Below, piece after piece: positions 35,001 to 47,000 of a stretch of 64,000 nt of DNA. Both the position numbers and the translations under genes were made by a program. The notes below the pieces were generated by a model. It worked only from the letters and a program-made list of their open reading frames with translations. It made no database searches and was not told where the DNA came from. The DNA is from Mobula birostris (Eukaryota). Location of the stretch: contig NC_092383.1 in NCBI RefSeq assembly GCF_030028105.1, positions 66,167,426-66,231,425 of the forward strand, read 5' to 3'. Each line of letters starts with the position of its first letter. Position 1 is the first letter of the stretch.

Positions 35001-38000
35001 AGCCTTCTGCCTAGTTCCCGAAACTCTCACTTCAGGACCTCATCCCTCTTCCTGCCTATGTCGTTGGTCCCAACATGTATCACGACTTCTGGTTGTTTCC
35101 CCTCTCGTACCAGGATGTCATGCACCCAAGTCAGAGACATCCCGGACCCTGGCACCCGAGAGGCAACAAACCATGCGGGTGTCCTTCTCACGTCCACAAA
35201 ATCTCCTGTCTGTTCCCCTGACTATAGAGTCTCCAATGACAACAGCTCTCCTCTTCTCTGTCCCACCCTTCTGCACAACAGGGTCAGACTCTGTGCCAGA
35301 GGCCCTGCCACCGTGGCTCACACCTGGCCAGTCATCCCCGCCAACAGTATCTAGGACGGTAAACTTATTTTTCAGGGGAATGGCTACAGGGGTGCTCTGC
35401 ACTACCTGTCTACTCACCTTCGCTTTCCCCCCTCTGACTGTCACCCAACGACCCGCTTCTGGCAGCCTAGGTGTGACTACCTCCCTGTAGCTCTCGCAGT
35501 ACAATTTGCAGCATAATAGGGTGAATTACTATTTGAGTTTAATTATTCAGTAAGGTTTGGAATTTGAGTTTTACATGCAGATTACAAATGTCCCTCCATA
35601 TTGGACTTATTGTGAGGTAGGCAGGAATAACAATAGCATGTTTATTATACTTAACTACCAAAAAAAACAGGATTTGGCTTTCATTTTCTATATTAAATAT
35701 CTTTAGTACCACATCCTCGTCTTTTGTTTAAAAAAAAGCCTTCATCCCCATTTTTTGAATGCAAGATGCCACCTTACTTTTATCCTTCAACACCCATTAT
35801 ACGGTCTTCCTAAGCCTATTAATATCTTGAATTTGACTTCAACTATTTTTTTCAGTAACTGTGATGTTTCATTTTCATCTCAAATTTTGTACTACTGTCC
35901 TCTATGCAAGAATTATCCATTTCCTTAATAAAAGGGTTGACAGTGCTTTTTAAAAAGATAATTTTGATCAAGGCATATGCACATAAAGCAAATCAATCAA
36001 ATTACATTTAATGACCTTACATGAATGTTGCAGAAGGGATGACCATCAGCTTATGTATAATTAATTATATACCTGACTCTGTAGAAATTTGTGAAGTTCA
36101 TCAAATGCATCTGTGTGGTTATTTTTCACAATTATCTGTACCCAGCGAAAACGTAGTTCAGCATTCTTGGAACTGGAGATATTTGGGTACACTTCACCCA
36201 TCTTAGCAACATTTCCTAAAGAAAATGAAATTTCAAATTTTATTCCAGTTTCTTAAAGCATTTAATCATCACTACTTGTTATAACAGTTACAAAGTCTCT
36301 TCTGAGCATTCATATATAATGAAGTGAGGGCAAAAGATAACTGTTTTCCAACAGTTAAACATGTGTTTGTTTAATTAAAACTTTTAAAGCCAAAGTTTAA
36401 GGTGAGTGGACAGAATTCTATAAATCAACTATGATTTATTGAAACAGCAATTGAAGACATCTGGAATTAAGCATGAAACAAATTAAAGTGCACAGATTTA
36501 ATTTTGAATATGACTTCAGTTGGACTCTGGTTAAATCATTAGTATCTGATTTAAAATTAAAAATACATTTTCACAATTTATGGTACACTACACAATATGA
36601 CAGGAATTTTAGTATTTGTTAGTAAATGTCATCCCTTATTAAATACCTGGAGGCAAAGGTGACTTTTCCAGTAGTTTATCAAGGAAGTGCACAATCTGGT
36701 AGGTTTTCCATGAGCATATGTCAACAGCTTTGATGGCATCCATGTTCAGCTCCGTAACCAACCATAGTGAAGCCAAGCTTTCCGCTGGTTTCATGAGAGC
36801 ATCACCACATGAAAGGTCTGGCAAGTAAGGTGGCCATCCAGGAGTATTCAGCCAACAATCAAATTCAAATCCTGGATAAGAAAATTTAGATCCTTTACTT
36901 GTTTCTCTAAATGTTCAGCTTCTTACCAAACTGACAGGGTGAAGAACATGCATAAATTGAAAAAGAATCAGGTAGAAAATAACAAAGCGTAAAGGACTCA
37001 GTCATGATAAAATTGTGGATAGGTTCCAGTTAATTAAAATAATTGAAGCAATTTTAATTTTAATCTTATTGGAAGATTGTGCGTCACCACTTTTTCTTCA
37101 GTGAAAAGGTTGATATAATAATAAAACAGCATTACCTGGTCTTTTCTCGATATCTTGTTTCTTGAGTTCTGGGAAATACTCTAAATAAAAACATAAAGCG
37201 TCTTCCGCCACAATACTTTGGAATTTGAATTTGTTCACATAGGCCTGCATGTAAACACAATTTAGACACATGATTTATGTTAAATCAGAACAAGTGATAA
37301 ACCTGTACACTGGGCAGTGTATCAGTGACCCATTTCGGGTAAGGGACTGCATTGATATTAAACTGCCTCATCAGGGACTTTCCTCCCATCACAAAAGGAG
37401 CTATTAACTGATGACCATTCACAATTCCCCAACAATGAAGTAGCCCATGCCTCTACACAGCAAGACCAGAACAATACTTGGCAATAGGCTGATCAATTTT
37501 TACTTGGAACAGCATAACAAGTCAATCAAAATCTGTCCTATTGCCCTTTTCTTATTTTAAAGTTAAGCAAATATATAACATCTTACAGATTGAAGTACAT
37601 TATGCTAAGAGTTTGTTCTACAGGTTTCAGAAGTCTTAGGTATCAGTGGAAGTTCTCAAATCTGGAATGTTAATGTAACGTTGCCTCCAAGTTACCATCA
37701 AATCAATTTCTGCTCTATAACAAGCTGGAGTTCATAGAGACAAGTTCTTTAGCAATGGTATTATCAAAATATCTGTATAAATGGCCAAAAATGCCAAGGT
37801 CACTGTTTCACCATAATCTTTCCCATTTTAATTGCAATGTCCAAATTTTAAGAGGTTAAAGATAGATGCAAAGTAAAAAAGCTTAAAAATAATTATGTGC
37901 ATCATGAAATTAAAAGGCACTTTTACATGTTATGTGCACTGTCTTTCTTTAAAATTGAACTAAATATTATTCTTGTTTTTGTTTGTGTTTGATGCAATTT

Positions 38001-41000
38001 GCATGATTTTTTTGCATGGGGGAGGGGTTTGATGTTTGATATCTTTCCTTGAATGGGTTGGTTCCATGGTTCTTTATTTCATGACTGTGAGGAAGATGAA
38101 TTTCAGGGTTGTATACTGCAGGCATACTTTGATAATAAACGTACTTTGAACCCTAACATGCATTTAGCAGTTTTTCTCCCCCTTATAAATAAAATTATAT
38201 TTACAATGAACTTGACAAGTTCTTACCCGAAGGAAAGCATCAAATGTGCTCTGATCACCCACAAGGTGAGCTAAATATGATACAAAGCAGTAGCCTTTTT
38301 CGTAGGGAGTTTCATTATATGTCTCATCTGGATCAATCCCTGAAAAAGGCACAACAATAAATTAATTCTTTGTCAAAGGAAGGTACAATTTCTAAGGGTG
38401 GGCTCACTTAGGAAATACAGAAATCATGGGGCACGAGAGAGCAAACACGAAGTTTACCATTACACAAATTACTATATCACACATTTATAGGCATCCGTTT
38501 GTCTCATGAGACCATGGATTTGCGCCTTGGAAAGTTTCCAGGGTGCAGGCCTGGGCAAGGTTGTATGGAAGACCAGCAGTTGCCCATGCTGCAAGTCTCC
38601 CCTCTCCACGCCACCGATGTTGTCCAAGGGAAGGGCATTAGAACCCATACCGCTTGGCACCGGTGTCATCGCAGAGCAATGTGTGGTTAAGTGCCTTGCT
38701 CAAGGACACACATGCTCGAACTTGCCAAGGCTCGAACTAACGACCTTCAAATCACTAGACGAACACTTTAACCACTTGGCCACGCACCAACACAGCCACA
38801 CATTATTGACTATGAAATGCCTCAGGATGGTCCAAGGTCACAAAGTAGTTCCTTTTTTCTTTGCACGTTCTCTGTGATTCTAAAGCCCTTCCACATCCTA
38901 AAAACATGCAGGTTGACAGGTTAACTGGGAATTGTAAGTTTCCCCTGGTGTGCAAGTGGGTGAGTAAAATCTGGTGGTAGTTGAGGGAAATTGGTAACAA
39001 GTGAAAATTGTTAGGAGAGGGATTGTTCTGCAAGTCAGCATAGACTCGATGGGCTGAAATAACTTCTTTTGTAAGGAAATAAGTAAAGCATCCATCAGCA
39101 ACTGACAATAGAACATACTAATCCATTCAGTAGTTGCTGAGTTAAACCTACAAAATCTTGAAATGGCACTAAACAGCTCTGATCAAAAAGACTGAGTGCT
39201 TGTTGGAACATCTCCAGTAAGTCAACAGCAAATACCAGGAATTTCCAGTAATTTGCTGTCACACTTCCAATTCGACCATTTTTGCCTCCTGTCCCACTCC
39301 AACGGGGCCTCATCTTCTATCCAAGCACTTTCAGTTTTGGGGATTCAATATCAAATTCAGCAACTTGCTTTTTCTGCTTGCATCTGAAAAATGATTTTTT
39401 GGAAGCACTGGGGATTTGATTGGGGATTCCAAATCAATTCGCACAGATCCAGATTATGAACTCTCACCTTGATCAAGTTTAACCTTCAGTTTATTGAGGG
39501 GATGGTCCTCTCCAGAGTTATCCATGTGTTGACGAAGGAGGGCTCTCCCTGTGGCAGCTTCAAGACAAGTGTACTCTGGACCTGAGATATAAACTTTGAG
39601 TAAATATACAGGAGAGAGATCTTGGTGATAAGATGGTATCAGTGCCATAAAGCTGCACATGGTTTATTGGGACAATTAATAATTGTGAATTTTTTAAATT
39701 ACAAGAATTTACCAGTGCAGCACAAAAGGTTGATTCAGCAGCAAGAGTATAGACACCAACAGTTTCAATTAGTTGCCTATTGAACTTGTCTGGAATGCCA
39801 CACTGAAAACATATGGTTTATCCTTTCCCCATCTTTTGAAGAGAGTAATATTCATGTTTCTTTTAAACTTTCCCTTTCTAAGAACCAAAAAGTACCAGTC
39901 CATCATGCAAACCAACTTCCCTCCATTTACACCGACTGCACTTCCTGCTCCACTGGCAAAGCAGCAAAGATTACCAGCAGCCCCCTCACCCTGGTAATTC
40001 TCTCTTCTCCCCTTTCCTATCAGGCAGAAGATCTGAAAGCTCAAGAACATAAATCCATAGACTCAGGTCAGCTTTTGTCCCTATATTAAATGTTTGAAGG
40101 GACCTCTTGCACACTAAAAGATGAGCTTTTGATCTCCCACTCTACCTTGTGACATTCTTTGTACTTTGTCTCTCTGCACTACACCTTCTCTGTAACTCCA
40201 ACACAATATTCTGTATCCTGTTTTTTTACACAACTAACTCAACAAGACAAAGGAGATGATTATTAACTTAAGGAGAACTCGCACCATTCTCACCCCTCTT
40301 CACATCAGTGGCACAGAAGTTGAAATTGAGCGGTTTCAAACTCCTGGGAGTATAAATCCTGCACAAACTCTTACGGCCCCAAGACACAATCAGGAAAGCT
40401 CAACAACACCTCATTCTGAGGAGGGTGAAGAGAACTGTCGATACACATTTATCCTTTTTACAGATGCACAGCCGAGAACATCCCAACATGCCGCATCACT
40501 GCATGGTAAGGAAACGGCACTGCAACAGACAGGAAGGTTCCACAACAGGTAGTCAAAACTGCCCAATGCATCACTGGGCAGTTTTGAGAAAAGGGCCAGT
40601 AACATTATGAAGGATTCCACCCAACCTGTTCATGGACTGTTTATCCCAGTCCCATCTAGGTTACTTAGCATCCATGCCAGAACCACCAGACTCAGTTACT
40701 TTCCCCAAGTTCGGGACTGTTTAATGTCATTGCCAGTATACAAATGCAAAGGGGAACGTACTAAGCAGCAAGGCTGACAACACCTCCACCCAATAACCCA
40801 CCCCTTCACACCCCCACCACCACTACCATTTCCTGTCAGAGTCACCTTATATACAGACGCTCATGTGCCTAGCATCAATTTATCAACCTACAATCAACAT
40901 ATATAAGCTATCTTTATATATATATATATATATATATATTAATTGTGCTTTTTGTGCTCTATCAGATCTGGAGTACCAATTTGGTTCTCCTTTGCACTTG

Positions 41001-44000
41001 TATGTTGGAAATGACATTAAACAATCTTGAATCTCAAGATGTAATTATGCATGTCATGATTTGTGCTGACAGAATACAAAACAAAAGTTTTTCACTGCAT
41101 CTTGATATGTTACAATAATCAACACCAAAAAACAATTTATTCATACTTTCTGCCCTCTTCACCTGCTATGAAAAGCAAACCTAGAACAGCAGACTTCAAA
41201 TCTTTTCTGAGGTAGAGGTTACTAATTATTGTGATGAAGGGTCTTCACCATGAAAGGTTAATTGGCTTCTCTTTCCATGGATGCTGCTTGACTGCCTTAG
41301 TTCTTCCAGCATTTCTGTTCTGGTTTGAAGTTTATAATTTTATTTGCTTTTGATTTTGAAGTACAAATTGTGAGTGAGTTCCTTCCTTTCAGTTTCACAT
41401 TCCAAACTTGTAAAAGTGTCCACAACAGATGTTAGGCTAAATTTAAAACAGAAACTGCTGAAAACACTCAACAGGTTGGCTGGTATGTGCTGAGAAAGCA
41501 GCAGCATTTAAATTACAAATGAATGACCTTTCATTGTTTTTGTTTCTTCCCATGCAGTAACTATGAATATTTCTAGTTTTTATTTCAGACATTCAGCATC
41601 AGTTATATTTTAGTTTTTTTTCACCTTAATCCTCTGGAACAATGCTTTCCCATTTCTATCCACTTAGATTTTAAAAAATAACTAAGCTTAAAAATACATG
41701 TTCACGCATTAGCCTTGTCAGGCAGGAACAAATCCTGCATACACTCCCAATACAGTAAACACAATGAACTGTTAACAGAAAAACAAAACCATCCAACCTG
41801 AAATAACAGGGCAAAACCTCAAGACGCTAATCTCTCAAATTTGTTAGAAATCACGCACATTATAAATTAAATAATTTAAATATCCATTGCAAGTTTAATC
41901 ATATTGCATGCTTTTAAAAAATCTAAGATATGAAATTTTGAAGTCTGTACAAGGCTTTGAGGAGTATGCTGGAATGGGAATCCAACAAAGCATACTAAAT
42001 GGCTAAGATCTTATTCAGAAAGACGACTATCTGGATTTTTTTTTTGGATCACTGTAACATACATTCACAAAGCCATACCGTAAATTTCAGTTGAAATTCT
42101 CCTCTGAGCATACATTGTGAATCCTTCATTTAGCCAGAAGTCTCCCCAGTTGGCATTCGTTACCAGATTGCCAAACCAGCTGTGAGAAATCTCATGGATG
42201 ATGACATCAGCCAATGACCGATCTCCAGCCAACAGACATGGAGTAACAAACGTAATGCAAGGATTCTCCATCCCACCAAAAGGGAAAGACGGCGGCATGA
42301 AGAGAAGATCATACCTTTGGATATTACAAGACATTTAGTGTCAAGTTATTTTAAAATGCAAATGAAACAAGTATTCCACTCTCAATTACTTTTATGTACA
42401 CTCTCACACTGACATCAAAACACTTTATTTTTCACTCTAAAAAAGCTAAATCACAAACTATCAGCTTGCAGAAACTTGGATGCAGAAGAAAATCTTAGAT
42501 CAAGTAAATTTTGGTAGACCTATACTCAGGCATACAATTAACCTCATTGATCAGAAGAGTTGAAGGGCAAAGCTATCAACAGAATTGCAACCCAGACTGA
42601 GTAGATGCCGAGTCCCATGAGTTTCTCCAATTAACCATTTAGCAGAACATACAGTACAGCACAGGAATAGGCTCTTCAGCCTACAATGCGATGAACACGA
42701 TGCCAATTTAAACCAGATCTCTTCTGCTTGCACATGATCCATTTTGCTCCAGTCCCCACCAGTTTCATATCTGCTTCCACCATTACCCCTGGCAGCCCAT
42801 TCCAAGCATTTACCACCCCCGTGCAAAAACCTTGCCCCGCAAATCTCCTGTAAACTTTAAGCTTCTTACCCTAAATGTGCGATTCTACATTTTTAACCTG
42901 TTGAAAAAAGATTCTGACTGTTTACTCTGTCTATGCCTCTATTTTTAGTAAACATCTATCAGGCCATTCGCTCTAACAGAGTGTACCAAGAGATAAAATG
43001 TTAGAGTTTATTAATAAACTCCAACCTAATGCCAGCAGTGAACTGAGGTGGTTATGTCAATTTTGAAAAAGTTTTGTTTTCAGAAACAGAAACTGCCAAA
43101 AACACAGAACCAGTTGGACAGCATGTGCTGAGAAGGAAGCTGCATTTTAATTGCAGATCTGACCTTTTATTGTAATTGTTCCTTCGCCTGCAGAAACTAT
43201 CTAAATATATCCTCACCACTAACAACCTTTGTTCCCTCAGGTTGTCATAGCTATGGGAAGTGGTGGGAATAGCCTCTCACGACCTATTAAATGCTCCCAA
43301 TGGTGTACATCAAAAAGCCTCCAACAACCAAGTCCAGCTCTTGTCCTTTACGTGCGGCTTAGCTACTAAGCCGGGTAGAACAGTTTCTACTGACAGGAGA
43401 AGGGGCAAAGATGGGTTACTGGTGCCTTAAAACCAGTTGCGCTGGACAGAAGGGGCTCGTCAGCTGTGGTTGGCTGCTCATCCAGGAGAAGGAAAACTCT
43501 GATCTCAAATTTTCACTGCTTGATGTCTCTACTCACTTAAGGAGAAGGCTTCAGGAGTAAACCCTGAGGTGCCAAACTGTATCTGCCTTTGCCGTTCCTT
43601 TGGATTCAATGGAGGCCCTCAACAACCAATCTTCATGTCATCTGTAAACTTACTAACCCTCCTCAGGGAATCTTGCAAAGGCAGCTTGTGTAACTGATGG
43701 TCTGCACTGGTACTACTTTTTCTATCTGTTTCACCAGTCATTACTGAATAATAATGAATTAACTTCAGCATTAAGAAACAAAGCTGCTATTTTGATAATG
43801 AAAAGCCTGTGTTGTTAAGCATCTTACACACTGTCCACATTTGCCAAAAAGTACTCCAATCACTAGATTAACTTAACAGGTAATATGGTTGATTAGCATA
43901 TCATGAAATTTCAAAATTCATGCTAGTGCATTTTTTTAAACATTTACACATTTTCACTGTAGGCACGCTCTCACAACTCGAAGGGTCTGGACCCTTCTTC

Positions 44001-47000
44001 AATGAATCAAAGCAAGGTTTCTGGATCTAAGAAGTCCAGCATGCCCAGGAGAGATCAGACTCAGAGTCTGAGGAGTCAGTGTCCACAAGGAAGGCCTGCA
44101 CCTCACCCAGTTCAGCTGATTTCATCCACCCAGGCCTGCAGGCCTGGGTGGATGGCCTATCATACCTTGTGTGATTAAAACCTTGTCAGGAAGCTCAATG
44201 TCATTACAGCTTTCCAAAGTTATACTCAAGTGATAGCCCAGATTACAGGCTTGAATTCAGAAATGGATTAAGTTCACAGCTGCATTGTCTCCAGGAAACC
44301 ATTTTTCAGATGCTTAACAAAAAAAACAAGGAAAAGATATGTATACAAATTCTGGGTCTTATCAAACTACTATCTCACATGGTACCTATTCTTCCTTTGC
44401 CACACTGTCTGAAAATGACTGAATCCTCATTTGCTAGAATGCGTATTGCTGGAACACATTTATCAATTAGCAGATTATATTGTTTAACAACTGCAAATAG
44501 TAGGGAAACTAAATAGATTTCAACTTCAGAGAAATAGTACATGATATTCTAGCTTACACACTGTTCTCATCAACATATACTACAGCAAACTCAAAATTTC
44601 AGAATACCAATTTTAAATTAATTAACTAATGCTTTATAGAAAAAAGAAATGAAGCAAATTTAAAACCAAAATCGAATCTTCAAACTTTAGAATAGCCATT
44701 GTCTCTAATAGAATTTTGCACTGAACCTTGATACCAGCACTCCTAATAATGATATTGCTAACTAAGGAGTTAGAATTTTTATAGATGGTAGAGGTTAGGA
44801 CAGAAATGGGAAATACAGTCGGCCCTCCTCATCCGCGAAGGATTGGTTCTGAGACCCCCCGCTGACACCAAAAACGCAGATGCTCAAGTCCCTTATTTAA
44901 CCTGTCTCAGTGCGGGTGGACTTTAGGACCCAGGGCAGCACAGGACCCACCGCCCTCAGTGTTTATGTTCTGTTGACTTACAATACCTAATACAACGTAA
45001 ATGCTATGTAAATAGTTGTTACACTGTATTGTTTAGGGAATAATGACAAGAAAAAAAGTCTGTACATGTTCAGTACAGGCGCAATCATCGTAGCTCTTCT
45101 GGGAACACTGATGCCGCCTCAGCGTCAGCCAATTCCGATTCTCCCGTGATCTTTAAGTTCTTGAGGCTGCAGTGCTTTACACAGCCAGCCAGCCATCCCT
45201 AGCACTAACACTTCCACGAATTTCAGCTTTATTGTGCAAATGCTCGATTCGTTCTTACCGACTTTACGGCTCACTTCGGAATGCAACACGCCACTTTTCA
45301 GAAGATCTAATATTTCTAATTTCTCGGCGAGGGATAGCACTTTACGCTCCCTCTTAGCCTTTGAGGAATTGCTTTGACCACGTAATTGCTTTATAGGAGC
45401 CATTTATTCACAGAAACAAAGTAGCAAGTGAACGAGATGCAAGGCAAACAATGCTCGAACGAGTGCTGGAGAGAGAACTTCTGGGTTTTCCCGATTCGCG
45501 GTTGGTTGAATTCGTGCATGAGCAACTCGCGGATAAGGAGGGCCGACTGTAGTTCAGACTGGGAAACATCCAATCTCTCACGAATTTCAATAACTATATA
45601 CATTACTGTGCAAAATTGTTAGCTATAGATATAGCAAGGGTGCCCAAGACTTTTGCACAGTGCCATAGTAACTTTATGCTGCCAAAAAAAAATATTCATG
45701 ATATGCGTGAATGATGAGAAACCTGATTCTGATATGGGTCTCTATCGTAGACAGAGTGGGAAGGAGGCAGGGAGAGGGGTATCATAGTTAGGAAAAGGGG
45801 AAGGGAGAGGGGCGAGAGTGTGGAGCACTAGAGAAACATTCTGCAATAATAAAACATTTGTCTGGAATCAAATAACCTTGCCTGGTGTCTTAGGGCCAGG
45901 TTTGTCTGCACCCACATCACCCAACATTCATTGCTCCCGCCAGATTTACAAACCCGCTCTCCGATCCATGTTGAGAAATACAGTACTGTATAAAAGTCCT
46001 AGGTATTTAATACTGTAAAAACTCAAGGATAAATTTAACCACACTGTAAATTATATATTTGAAGTCATTTGTAGTCAGCAAGGGGATTATTCAGTTTGGT
46101 CTACTATGACTATTGCAGATCAACTTAAGAAAGGGAAAAATGAACAAATTACAACAATCAACACACACAAAAGTTGCTGGTGAACGCAGCAGGCCAGGCA
46201 GCATCTCTAGGAAGAGGTACAGTCGACGTTTTAGGCCGAGACCCTTCGTCAAGACTAACTGAAGGAAGAGTGAGTAAGGGATTTGAAAGTTGGAGGGGGA
46301 GGGGGAGATCCAAAATGATAGGAGAAGACAGGAGGGGGAGGGATGGAGCCAAGAGCTGGACAGGTGATAGGCAAAAGGAATATGAGAGGATCATGGGACA
46401 GGAGGTCCGGGAAGAAAGACGGGGGGGGGGGGGGGGACCCAGAGGATGGGCAAGGGGTATATTCAGAGGCACAGAGGGAGAAAAAGGAGAGTGAGAGAAA
46501 GAATGTGTGTATAAAAATAAGTAACAGATGGGGTACGAGGGGGAGGTGGGGCCTTAGCGGGTTAGAGAAGTCGATGTTCATGCCATCAGGTTGGAGGCTA
46601 CCCAGACGGAATATAAGGTGTTGTTCCTCCAACCTGAGTGTGGCTTCATCTTTACAGTAGAGGAGGCCGTGGATAGACATGTCAGAATGGGAATGGGATG
46701 TGGAATTAAATTGTGTGGCCACTGGGAGATCCTGCTTTCTCTGGCGGACAGAGCGTAGATGTTCCGATCTCCCAGTCTGCGTCGGGTCTCGCCAATATAT
46801 AAAAGGCCACATCGGGAGCACCGGACGCAGTATATCACCCCAGTCGACTCACAGGTGAAGTGTTGCCTCACCTGGAAGGACTGTTTGGGGCCCTGAATGG
46901 TGGTAAGGGAGGAAGTGTAAGGGCATGTGTAGCACTTGTTCCGCTTACACGGACAAGTGCCAGGAGGGAGATCAGTGGGGAGGGATGGGGGGGACGAATG

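Noticed and set aside
38715-38789. tRNA-like sequence with A and B boxes
   Set aside because: No proper acceptor stem and it runs into a CORE-like body and tail; this is a SINE head.
42079-42314. Identification as LTA4H or RNPEPL1
   Set aside because: The sequence around the zinc motif, the 11-exon structure and TIMM17A synteny fit RNPEP.
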